A model generated the notes under the pieces. The model worked only from the letters and a program-made list of their open reading frames with translations. It did not search any database and was not told the origin of the DNA. 64,000 bases of DNA, taken from Anaerolineales bacterium (GTDB taxonomy: Bacteria; Chloroflexota; Anaerolineae; Anaerolineales; UBA11579). Below, in pieces: positions 34,548-42,702 of this stretch (its first letter is position 1; the number at the start of each line of letters is the position of its first letter). Made by a program: the position numbers and the translations under genes. The DNA is taken from NCBI GenBank assembly GCA_019454165.1, contig CP075367.1, positions 352-64,351 on the forward strand, written 5' to 3'.

Positions 34548-35048
34548 TCAAGGGACTAGATAAGTAGCTTGCACATTTCCGCTGGCGTCCAGCAGAGTCA
34601 GCTCTTCCCCCCGGCTCCATACGGCCACCTGGCGGTCCCAGTACAGTTCAGCCGCGGTATCGTCGCCTTCACGCGTATACACCGACACCTGCCCGCCGGG
34701 GTGCAGCACCAGGGCCGGGAAGCGAAACTCGATCCCATTCCCATCCCGCAGACGCCAGCCGGCCAGCGCCACTTCCTGCTGGCCAATGTGCTCGATGGTG
34801 ACGCGCTCATTCTGCAGATCGCCCGCGGCTACTACTGTGGTTACCTGCAGCTGGCTGGGCGCGGCTTGAGCTCCCAGACCCGTAGTCTCTAAAACCGCCG
34901 GCGTCTCTCGAAACACAAAATAGGTCCAGACCGACATCACGATCAAGGCAGTAACGATCGAGACTGCCACATTGAGCAGCAGGTAACGCACCAGGCGGGG
35001 ATCGCTCAAGAGATCACGCATCAGCACGATGATAGCACCTACGCGCAT
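34548..35048 (-). CDS. membrane-anchored lamin-tail-domain (LTD) protein
   Basis: It has an N-terminal TM helix (LLLNVAVSIVTALIVMSVWTYF). The C-terminus ERVTIEHIGQQEVALAGWRLRDGNGIEFRFPALVLHPGGQVSVYT matches the LTD pattern. The start is uncertain (ATG 35048 or 35021). The ORF-track start at 35162 would overlap the divergent gene. Confidence 0.6.
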   Translation of the reverse strand: MRVGAIIVLMRDLLSDPRLVRYLLLNVAVSIVTALIVMSVWTYFVFRETPAVLETTGLGAQAAPSQLQVTTVVAAGDLQNERVTIEHIGQQEVALAGWRLRDGNGIEFRFPALVLHPGGQVSVYTREGDDTAAELYWDRQVAVWSRGEELTLLDASGNVQATYLVP

Positions 35049-35084
35049 ACTGCGCCGCAGCCTGGGAATGGTAGACTGGCAATC

Positions 35085-35519
35085 ATGCGCATTGTGGCCG
35101 AGAAGGATAAGACCACCCGCCCAGCAGCCGTTACGTTCACCGGGCGCTTGTTGAGCTTGCAAAGTGTGGGGCTGGTGATCTTAGCCATTCTGGCCGCGCC
35201 CGAGCCACCGATCGCCAACCACGAATGGCGCGAGCTGTGGCGGGCCGGCCTCTACATTACGCTGGGCTTCCTCAGCGCGTGGTCCGGCTTGGGTCTGCTC
35301 AAGCTTCGCCCTCCGTCCTGGAACCTGGCGATGCTGGTGCAGGGCACCGCCTTGCTGCATGCGCTCGTTCTCTACCGCGCCGGCGAACGGCCCGTGTACA
35401 TGTATCTGCAAATGTTGCTGGCCATTCTTATCGTCGTCAATCTGAATCAATCCACCCTGCGCGCCAGCTTCCCGACTGAGCTCATCGAAACGCAAGAGAC
35501 CCCCAGTGAACCACACTGA
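35085..35519 (+). CDS. small integral membrane protein (about 4 TM), unknown function
   Basis: 144 aa with hydrophobic segments at LVILAILAAP, LYITLGFLSAWSGLGLL, LAMLVQGTALLHALVL and LQMLLAILIVV. Its 3' end overlaps the next ORF by 14 nt. Confidence 0.5.
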   Translation: MRIVAEKDKTTRPAAVTFTGRLLSLQSVGLVILAILAAPEPPIANHEWRELWRAGLYITLGFLSAWSGLGLLKLRPPSWNLAMLVQGTALLHALVLYRAGERPVYMYLQMLLAILIVVNLNQSTLRASFPTELIETQETPSEPH

Positions 35520-37344
35520 CCAGACCCAGCAATACATTACGCTGCTTCGCCGCTTTGAACCGATCTTGCGGTTTACCCATGGCGAGCGCTTCTTCCCTAT
35601 GGATGTTGACCGCTATGTGGCCAACAGCAGCTTCTGGGTGCAGCGACCCAACCAGCCCTCGGAGCGCGTGTATGCCCAGGGTGAACTCTCATTGGAAAAA
35701 CTAGCACAAAGCCGGCGCGAACCGTTCGAGTCCATCCAATACCTCAAGTTCATCGAGCCACTCACCATCGCCGAACTCGCTTCGTATCAACTTCAACAAA
35801 CCTTGACCAAAGCAGGGCGCGAGCAGGCTTTCCACGCCGGCGCCGGCCGCCTGGCCCGCGTGGGCTACGGCTCGCGCCTGCTGGACGCATTGTTTTCGTT
35901 CAGTCTGTTCGTGCGCGGCCGCGTGCCGGGCGACACGGCCGCGGCGGCGGCCGTGCGCTACAAGCAGATGCAAGCCGAACAAGAGCGCTTTCAATACTAT
36001 GGTCGCGTCGTTGAACAAGAAGGCTGGCTGGTGCTGCAATACTGGTACTTTTACGCCTTCAACAATTGGCGCTCCGGCTTCTCTGGCGTCAACGACCACG
36101 AAGCGGATTGGGAGATGGCCTGCGTTTATCTCTACAAAGACGCAGAAGGGGAATGGCAACCCGAGTGGACCGGCTACGCAAGCCATGATTTTTACGGCGA
36201 TGATCTCCGCCGCCGCTGGGATGACCCCGAGTTGCAGAAGATCGCTCAGCACCCGGTGGTCTATGTAGGCGCCGGCTCGCATGCCAGCTACTACCAGCCG
36301 GGCGAGTACTTGACCGAGTTGGAGCTGCCGTTGCTCTCCCCACTCTCGGCTTTTTGGGGGCGCATTCGGTCCGCCTGGGAGCGAATGCTGCGCACCGAAG
36401 ACAGCAGCCGTCCCAATGAAACTCTGTTCCGCATCCCCTTCGTAGATTACGCCCGCGGCGACGGCGTAAGCATTGGCCCCGGCCAGCAAAAACGCTGGGA
36501 TGACCCCGCGCTCCTCAACCCCGCGCCATCATGGGTGCGTGCCTACCGTGGGCTTTGGGGCTTGTACGCACGTGACCCCATCGCCGGAGAGAACGCCCCC
36601 GCCGGCCCCATGTATGACCGCAGCGGCCGAGTGCGCCGCGCCTGGTACGACCCGCTGGGATGGGCCGGGCTGGATAAGCAAGTGCCGCCCAACCGGGCGC
36701 AGGACCGCGCCCGCCGGCGTCAGCACGCTATCGAGCAACGCCAGGATGCGCTCAAGATCACGATCAGCGAGAAGACCCGCGAGCTGCGCGATCTGGGCAT
36801 GGAAGCCGAAGCCATGCTGGACCAGCCCCACATGCGGGAGCTTTACCAGCAGCGCCAAGCGCGGATTACAACCCTGTCTCAGGAGCTAAGCGTGCTGCGC
36901 GCCCAACTTTCCACAGATGGCACCTTGCGCGAAGCGCTGGGGCTGCACGCCGCCCGCCTCGACGCGGGCTACAAGGTTGGCCCGCGTGCGCACATCCGCC
37001 GCGCCCACCACCCTGCCAGCGCCACAGGCTTACGCCTGGGGCGCATCGCCGAGATCTGGGCGGCCGCTAGCATAGGGCTGGTGTTGCTTGCTTTTGTCGG
37101 GATCGTATTGTTCGCCCGCCAGTACTTGGTGGTGGGCATTGTGTCGATGTTGGGTATCGTGGCAGTGGTGGAAGCGGTGTTCCGCAGCCGGCTGGGCTGG
37201 CTGCTAGGCCGGCTCACCAACGCCCTGGCCCTGGTGGCTGCGGCTGTTTTGCTTTATCAATTCTTCTGGCCCATGCTGATCGGCATCGTCATTCTGGCCG
37301 GCGCATATATCCTATGGGAAAACCTGCGTGAGCTGGGAAGTTAA
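35506..37344 (+). CDS. hypothetical 612-aa protein: N-terminal Vps62/DUF946-like domain, coiled coil, C-terminal TM bundle
   Basis: The start is GTG 35506. FEPILRFTHGERFFPMDVDRYV and WLVLQYWYFYAFNNW..GVNDHEADWEMACVYL resemble the Vps62-family pattern (YWfFY..H.GDWE) from memory. Residues about 390-480 are heptad-rich (RQHAIEQRQDALKITISEKTRELRDLGMEAEAML). The last about 110 aa form 3-4 TM helices. Confidence 0.5.
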   Translation: MNHTDQTQQYITLLRRFEPILRFTHGERFFPMDVDRYVANSSFWVQRPNQPSERVYAQGELSLEKLAQSRREPFESIQYLKFIEPLTIAELASYQLQQTLTKAGREQAFHAGAGRLARVGYGSRLLDALFSFSLFVRGRVPGDTAAAAAVRYKQMQAEQERFQYYGRVVEQEGWLVLQYWYFYAFNNWRSGFSGVNDHEADWEMACVYLYKDAEGEWQPEWTGYASHDFYGDDLRRRWDDPELQKIAQHPVVYVGAGSHASYYQPGEYLTELELPLLSPLSAFWGRIRSAWERMLRTEDSSRPNETLFRIPFVDYARGDGVSIGPGQQKRWDDPALLNPAPSWVRAYRGLWGLYARDPIAGENAPAGPMYDRSGRVRRAWYDPLGWAGLDKQVPPNRAQDRARRRQHAIEQRQDALKITISEKTRELRDLGMEAEAMLDQPHMRELYQQRQARITTLSQELSVLRAQLSTDGTLREALGLHAARLDAGYKVGPRAHIRRAHHPASATGLRLGRIAEIWAAASIGLVLLAFVGIVLFARQYLVVGIVSMLGIVAVVEAVFRSRLGWLLGRLTNALALVAAAVLLYQFFWPMLIGIVILAGAYILWENLRELGS

Positions 37345-38891
37345 TTACAGAAGTCCTCTGTGATCAGCTCGCCCTCTTTCAAGCTGGTGCCACGGCCATA
37401 GTAGCTCATATCTGGCACCAACTCATAGTCCGCCCCAAAGTAACTGGAGAACAGCACCCGGAAGCTATTCACAGGCGAGATGCTTGGGTACAAGCCAGCG
37501 TCTTCCACGCCGGGGAAGTGATAGCTGTTCAGGATCGGCAACAGCGTCTCCGGCGGGCCGCCGTTTGGCCCATGGTCACCCTGCAGGATGATGACCGGTG
37601 GCGTGGCGGAATTGTCCTTGATCTGCTGAATCACATCCGCAATGTGGTTATCAATGAACTCCACATTGTTTCGATAGCCATCGACAAATTCATCATCGGT
37701 ATGGCGGTACAGGTAGCGGCCGCTGGCGTCAAACACGAACGGCTCGTGCGGCACCAGGATGTGCACATACACAAACTTCGGAGAAGTCATAAAGGCCACC
37801 CGCGGCAGTTCTTCGAGGATGAAGTAGGTCTGCCGGTAATGCTCCAGGTGCACAAGGCTGTCAGGGTCAAGGACGATCTCGTCCGGCAGCAGCTGGCGAT
37901 AGTTTCCGATCAGTTGCAGCCAGGAGTGCAGCCAGGTCGTCTTGATAAGGTTGGCCTCGAAATCGTTCAGCGTAGTAAGCGGGGTGAAGTTCTCATACAA
38001 AGTGTTCTGCGGCGGGCGAGAGAGCATTACATCTTCGCCCAGCTCTTGATTATGGGTAGCCCGCGTCTCGAACGCAATGATCTGGTAGCCCAGCTGCTTG
38101 AAGGATTGCAAAACCGGGCTGACCTTCCAATCCGGCAGGGCTTCGACATCATCAAACTCTTCGCCGAAATACTCCATGCGCAATGCCGATCCCACAGAAA
38201 AACCGGTGCGCCAATAATTGGTCTGGCTGCACTGGGCAACATAAAAGCCCATGCCCTCCAGGCGCTGTAGAAATGCAGAGCTGTCATGCCCAAAACGCTC
38301 GGCCAGCACATCGGCGCGGGTATGTGCATCCAGAATGATGTAGTACACATCCGGGCGAGGAGCGTCTGGGTCAAATCCTTCTACGGTGTGTTGACCTGCT
38401 TGTTCCAAGCTCAGTTGATTGGCCCGGGCTTTGGCGCCTTCAAACCATAGAATATTCGCAAGGTTAAACACGACCAGCAGCCCGGCAGCAACCAGCACCG
38501 CGCTATTCAAGCGCTGGGCAGCTTCAGGTGTCCCCCGCGCAATCAGCCAGACCCCCAAAACCAAAAACAAAGTCCACAATCCTGACAGCAAGAGATTTGG
38601 CACCGCCACAAACATGGACAAGACTGAAAAAACATGCCCATAAAGAAAGAACAGCAAAATACTGAGGCTGGTCACTGCAGCGGCCTTGGGCAGGTTCCTA
38701 AAAACCAGCCAGAGGATCAATAAAAGCGCCACACTGGCAATAACCGCCACCCGTAAGGAAGAGAGCACGGCGGTATAGTGCACAAACTGGATATTGATGT
38801 TGTGCAGAGCGAGGATGGGCGCCACGGCGATCAGAACGACCGCCGCAAGGGCGATCAGATTGGGCGCGTTAACTACAGATCGTTTTGCCAT
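37341..38891 (-). CDS. LtaS/sulfatase-like (alkaline-phosphatase superfamily) membrane protein
   Basis: 516 aa. It has about 5 N-terminal TM helices followed by a soluble domain (YYIILDAHTRAD, ILVPHEPF, IILQGDHGPNGG). The family-level call is tentative. There is a 4-nt convergent overlap with the previous gene. Confidence 0.5.
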   Translation of the reverse strand: MAKRSVVNAPNLIALAAVVLIAVAPILALHNINIQFVHYTAVLSSLRVAVIASVALLLILWLVFRNLPKAAAVTSLSILLFFLYGHVFSVLSMFVAVPNLLLSGLWTLFLVLGVWLIARGTPEAAQRLNSAVLVAAGLLVVFNLANILWFEGAKARANQLSLEQAGQHTVEGFDPDAPRPDVYYIILDAHTRADVLAERFGHDSSAFLQRLEGMGFYVAQCSQTNYWRTGFSVGSALRMEYFGEEFDDVEALPDWKVSPVLQSFKQLGYQIIAFETRATHNQELGEDVMLSRPPQNTLYENFTPLTTLNDFEANLIKTTWLHSWLQLIGNYRQLLPDEIVLDPDSLVHLEHYRQTYFILEELPRVAFMTSPKFVYVHILVPHEPFVFDASGRYLYRHTDDEFVDGYRNNVEFIDNHIADVIQQIKDNSATPPVIILQGDHGPNGGPPETLLPILNSYHFPGVEDAGLYPSISPVNSFRVLFSSYFGADYELVPDMSYYGRGTSLKEGELITEDFCN

Positions 38892-38912
38892 CTACTTGCC
38901 TTCAAAAACGTG

Positions 38913-38985
38913 TGGGCCCGCCAGGACTCGAACCTGAAACCAAGCGGTTATGAGCCGCCTGCTCTGCCGATTGAGCTACAGGCCC
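38913..38985 (-). tRNA. tRNA-Met (CAU), elongator-type; could be tRNA-Ile2 if lysidinylated
   Basis: The reverse complement is GGGCCTGTAGCTCAATCGGCAGAGCAGGCGGCTCATAACCGCTTGGTTTCAGGTTCGAGTCCTGGCGGGCCCA. The acceptor stem is 7 bp with one U:G pair. It lacks the initiator GGG/CCC anticodon stem. CCA is not encoded. Confidence 0.85.
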
Positions 38986-39006
38986 CTTGCGCAATTCTGT
39001 TGCGCA

Positions 39007-39034
39007 GGAGACGTGCTGCATGCAGCACGTCTCC
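39007..39034. repeat. perfect 28-nt palindrome
   Basis: GGAGACGTGCTGCA|TGCAGCACGTCTCC has 14-nt arms with no spacer. It lies between the VOC gene stop and tRNA-Met. Confidence 0.9.
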
Positions 39035-39054
39035 ATGCTACCAGCATTCTGTCG

Positions 39055-39441
39055 CTATAGCGCCGCGTACAGATCCACGCGATAGCCATCCGGGTCTTGC
39101 ACGATGGCATAGCGCTGGCCCCAGGGCGCATCCCAAGGCTCGGCCGGCAGGCTGTGCCCTGCCGCCTTGACTGCCGCGGCCACTTTGTCCACCTCGGCCG
39201 GCGAGGCATACTGCACCGCGAACGAGGAATGGTTGCCCGGCCGCGGCGCTTCGCCCAGAATGCTCTCCAGCATGGGAGCAAGATCGATCATCAAGCGGGC
39301 CGAACCATCCGGAGTCACTGGCTCCAGATGCTGCTCGTCGGCCGCATACTCACCAAACTGGAAACCCAGCAATTCATAGAAGGCCACCGTCTTCTGAAGA
39401 TTTGTAGAACTTACGCCTACTGCATCGATCTTCACAATCAA
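39055..39441 (-). CDS. VOC/glyoxalase-family protein
   Basis: 128 aa. The N-terminus is IDAVGVSSTNLQKTVAFYELLGF. The C-terminus is PWGQRYAIVQDPDGYRVDLY. Confidence 0.8.
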   Translation of the reverse strand: MIVKIDAVGVSSTNLQKTVAFYELLGFQFGEYAADEQHLEPVTPDGSARLMIDLAPMLESILGEAPRPGNHSSFAVQYASPAEVDKVAAAVKAAGHSLPAEPWDAPWGQRYAIVQDPDGYRVDLYAAL

Positions 39442-39923
39442 CCTCCTTCAGATTCGGACTTTTCTGTTGGATAGCCAAGTTTGAACCAGCCGTCTGCGCC
39501 GCCCGCCAGGCTCTTTACATTTTTGAAGCCGGCCTCGGCCATGATCTCGGCCGCCACGAGCGAGAACCCGCCACCTGGGCAGATCGTGACGACCTCTCCA
39601 TCCATATACGGCTGGATGTCGCCAAACCGGGCCTCCAGATCCATGATCGCCTCTTTAAACTTCTGAGCGCTTGGAAACTTGACCACAAGCTCCATCAAGG
39701 GGATATGGACTGCGCCAGGCAAATGACCAAAACCCGAGTTGTATTCATTAACATCTCTTACATCGATTAACAATGGTGGAGCACTGCTAGCCATATGTTC
39801 CCGCAATTTCTCGGCGTCGATCTCAGTGACATTTGAAAAGTGGTATTCACCTCGGATGAGCTTGCTAGTCACTACCCGAGCAATCTTGAACAACATCCCC
39901 CTGCGGCTAAGCTTGACTTTCAT
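39438..39923 (-). CDS. rhodanese-like domain protein
   Basis: 161 aa. LIDVRDVNEYNSGFGHLPGAVHIP and the active-site loop CPGGGFS, followed by LAGGADGW. There is a 4-nt overlap with the VOC gene. Confidence 0.8.
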   Translation of the reverse strand: MKVKLSRRGMLFKIARVVTSKLIRGEYHFSNVTEIDAEKLREHMASSAPPLLIDVRDVNEYNSGFGHLPGAVHIPLMELVVKFPSAQKFKEAIMDLEARFGDIQPYMDGEVVTICPGGGFSLVAAEIMAEAGFKNVKSLAGGADGWFKLGYPTEKSESEGG

Positions 39924-39939
39924 AGTGAGTTCTCAAAAG

Positions 39940-40011
39940 AGCGGGCGGCGGGATTCGAACCCGCGAATGTCAGCTTGGAAGGCTGATGCCTTACCACTTG
40001 GCGACGCCCGC
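39940..40011 (-). tRNA. tRNA-Gly (UCC)
   Basis: The reverse complement is GCGGGCGTCGCCAAGTGGTAAGGCATCAGCCTTCCAAGCTGACATTCGCGGGTTCGAATCCCGCCGCCCGCT. The anticodon loop is CTTCCAA with U33, giving UCC. The discriminator is U73. The acceptor stem GCGGGCG is typical of Gly. Confidence 0.85.
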
Positions 40012-40083
40012 ATTGTGGTCATTATAACAAGCACGCCTCCCCATTTCGCGGTGTTACCATACACTCCATAGAGGTACCCTGAT

Positions 40084-40623
40084 ATGAACCTGAAATCCAT
40101 CTCGCCCGGCGAAAACGCCCCGCATGAAGTCAATGTCATCATCGAAGTGCCCACGGGCGGCGAGCCGATCAAGTACGAATTTGACGAAACCATCGGCGCG
40201 CTCGTGGTCGACCGTTTCCTCTACACGCCCATGCGTTACCCGGGCAACTATGGCTTCGTGCCCAACACCCTCTCGGGCGATGGTGACCCCTGTGATGTGC
40301 TGGTCGCCAACACCCGCGGCCTGATCCCCGGCTCGCTGATCTCGGTGCGCCCCATCGGCGTGCTCATCATGCAAGACGAGGCGGGGCACGACGAAAAAAT
40401 CATCGCCGTTCCGTCCACCCGCCTGACCAAGCGCTATGAGCGCGTGCAGGAAGCCAGCGACCTGCCAGAGATCACTCTACAGCAGATCGAGCACTTCTTC
40501 GCCCACTACAAAGATCTCGAGGAAAACAAGTGGGTCAAGATCGTGCGCTGGGGTGACGCCGCTGAAGCGCGCGCCATGATCCAACAAGGCTTCGACAACT
40601 ACAAAGCCCACCTATCTGAGTAA
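40084..40623 (+). CDS. ppa: inorganic pyrophosphatase (family I)
   Basis: 179 aa. Motifs are [37 protein letters not shown] and DEKIIAVP. Confidence 0.95.
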   Translation: MNLKSISPGENAPHEVNVIIEVPTGGEPIKYEFDETIGALVVDRFLYTPMRYPGNYGFVPNTLSGDGDPCDVLVANTRGLIPGSLISVRPIGVLIMQDEAGHDEKIIAVPSTRLTKRYERVQEASDLPEITLQQIEHFFAHYKDLEENKWVKIVRWGDAAEARAMIQQGFDNYKAHLSE

Positions 40624-40659
40624 AGCCCAGCCTGTAGTTGGCAAAGGTAAAATATTAGG

Positions 40660-41604
40660 ATGGCCACCCCAACCCGCAATCGCATCCCGCTGGAAGACAT
40701 CCAGTTGGCCCCCAAACCCACCCGCCGCCCGGATTGGATCCGCGTGCGTGCTCCGATGGGCGAAAGCTACGAGAACATCAAGCGCCTCATGCGCAGCAAA
40801 GCCCTCCACACCGTCTGCGAAGAGGCCATGTGCCCCAACATCGGCGAGTGCTGGGGCGACGGCACCGCCACCTTCCTAATGCTGGGCGATGTCTGCACCC
40901 GCTCCTGCGGCTTCTGCGACATCAAGCGTGGCATGCCCAATGAGATGGACTGGGCCGAACCGCTGCGCGTGGCGCAAGCCGTCAAAGATATGGGGCTGAG
41001 CCACGCCGTCATCACCAGCGTGAACCGTGATGAGCGCGCCGACGGCGGCGCCCCGATCCTGGCCATGGTGGTCAAGCGCATCCGCCAGATCCACCCCGGC
41101 TGCTCCATCGAGTTGCTCATCCCTGACTTCAAAGGCAGCGCCGAAGCGCTCAAGATCGTGATGGATGCCCGGCCTGAGATTCTCAACCACAATGTCGAGA
41201 CGGTACCGCGCCTGTTCAAGAAAGTACAGCCGCAAGACAACTACGAGTGGGCCGCCGCCACCCTGAGCAATGCCAAGCGCATGGATCCGGACGTGCTCAC
41301 CAAGAGCGGCATCATGCTCGGGCTGGGCGAGACCAACGAAGAAGTCAAAGCCGTCATGCGTGACCAGCGTGACTGGGGCGTGGATATCCTCACCCTGGGC
41401 CAGTACCTGCAGCCCAGCAAGCAGCACTTGCCGATCGACCGCTACGTCACTCCCGAGGAATTCGCCGAGCTCAAGGAATATGGCCTGGGTATCGGGTTCA
41501 AGTGGGTTGAAAGTGGACCGCTGGTGCGCAGCAGCTACCACGCCGCCGAGCAGGTGCGTGCCCTCAGCGCGGTGCACCGCAAGCTATATGGTGCGGCTCA
41601 GTAA
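40660..41604 (+). CDS. lipA: lipoyl synthase
   Basis: 314 aa. It has the auxiliary cluster [12 protein letters not shown] and the radical-SAM motif CTRSCGFC. Confidence 0.97.
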   Translation: MATPTRNRIPLEDIQLAPKPTRRPDWIRVRAPMGESYENIKRLMRSKALHTVCEEAMCPNIGECWGDGTATFLMLGDVCTRSCGFCDIKRGMPNEMDWAEPLRVAQAVKDMGLSHAVITSVNRDERADGGAPILAMVVKRIRQIHPGCSIELLIPDFKGSAEALKIVMDARPEILNHNVETVPRLFKKVQPQDNYEWAAATLSNAKRMDPDVLTKSGIMLGLGETNEEVKAVMRDQRDWGVDILTLGQYLQPSKQHLPIDRYVTPEEFAELKEYGLGIGFKWVESGPLVRSSYHAAEQVRALSAVHRKLYGAAQ

Positions 41605-41610
41605 CCGGCC

Positions 41611-41931
41611 TTACTCTAGCGTTTCGAACAAGCCCTGCAATTCCATATCTTGAATGCGCTGCCAGCCGGCGCCTTCTTCCACGCGCTCCACTTTGAGGTC
41701 AGAGAAGTAATCATCCAGCACGGCGGCGCGCTCCTGCGCCAAGGGCGGGATGCAATAATCCTCTTCTTCCCATACAGCGGTGCCATCCGCCTGCAGCCGC
41801 GCATTCTCCAGGCCAAAATGCAAAGACTGGCCAAAGGGCTGCATGGCTTCTATTTCTCCGCTGTCGAGCCGCGTGCGCAGTTCGGCCATCAATTCCTTAT
41901 CCGGTTTAGCAGTTACAAGGTAATAGGCCAT
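41611..41931 (-). CDS. small acidic hypothetical protein
   Basis: 106 aa. The composition is non-repetitive. It is co-oriented downstream of the HAD gene. No motif was recognised. Confidence 0.5.
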   Translation of the reverse strand: MAYYLVTAKPDKELMAELRTRLDSGEIEAMQPFGQSLHFGLENARLQADGTAVWEEEDYCIPPLAQERAAVLDDYFSDLKVERVEEGAGWQRIQDMELQGLFETLE

Positions 41932-41982
41932 TTTCTGAACTCCTTTTGCTCGAAGGGTCAGCAGCCCGCTGCCCGCGGAACC

Positions 41983-42666
41983 TCAGGGCTTGGTCTGCGC
42001 AGCTTCCACATGGGCGATCAGCTCAGTCAGGCTCATCTCGCTCATGGAGCGGAGCCGCAGGTTGGCGTGCTCCAGCGTGAGCTGCTCGGTGATGCGGTTC
42101 GGGATGGCCACCGCAAACACACCCGCCGCCTTGGCCGCCAGCACCCCATTGGGCGAATCCTCGAACACGATCGCCTCCTCCGGCGCAACGCCCAACTCCG
42201 CCAGGGCGGCGTTGTACAGCTCTGGGTCAGGCTTGGTGCGCTTCACATCATCGGCGGTCTTGATCGCGTCAAAACGCTCGTACAAGCCCAGGCGAGCCAG
42301 ATGGCCGCGCACCCAGTTCTCCGGCGAGCTGGACGCCACGGCCAGCTGCAGGCCCATGTCCTCCGCGGAGTCCAGATAATCGATCACACCCGGCAACACT
42401 TCCAGGTCAGCCAGATTGCTCAGATAGCGTTGGCGCCGGCTGATCCATACCTCTTCGCGGTCCAGCAGTTTGCCGCACAATTGCTCTAAATGGGTATGCG
42501 GGTCAAAGTCTGAAGCGCCGTTGCCGCCCACGATCTGCCCCCAGGTTTCCACCGGCAGCGCTTGGCCGTGGCTCTGGTACACCTCCTGCCAGGACTCATA
42601 ATCCGGCCACTCGGTGTCCAGGATCAGCCCGTCAAAGTCAAACAGCAAGGCGCGTATCTTGGCCAT
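41983..42666 (-). CDS. HAD-IA family hydrolase (beta-phosphoglucomutase-like)
   Basis: 227 aa. Motif I is LLFDFDGLILDTE. It also has ASSS and a late FEDSPNGVLAAKAAG. Confidence 0.8.
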   Translation of the reverse strand: MAKIRALLFDFDGLILDTEWPDYESWQEVYQSHGQALPVETWGQIVGGNGASDFDPHTHLEQLCGKLLDREEVWISRRQRYLSNLADLEVLPGVIDYLDSAEDMGLQLAVASSSPENWVRGHLARLGLYERFDAIKTADDVKRTKPDPELYNAALAELGVAPEEAIVFEDSPNGVLAAKAAGVFAVAIPNRITEQLTLEHANLRLRSMSEMSLTELIAHVEAAQTKP

Positions 42667-42702
42667 AAGCCAAAATAATAACTTAAGAAGCGCGGGAGTT
42701 TT

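Noticed and set aside
39940-40011. An initial reading of this tRNA as tRNA-Trp because of the CCA triplet in the anticodon loop.
   Set aside because: Folding the 5-bp anticodon stem (TCAGC/GCTGA) gives the loop CTTCCAA with U33, so the anticodon is UCC. The GCGGGCG acceptor stem and U73 discriminator also fit Gly.
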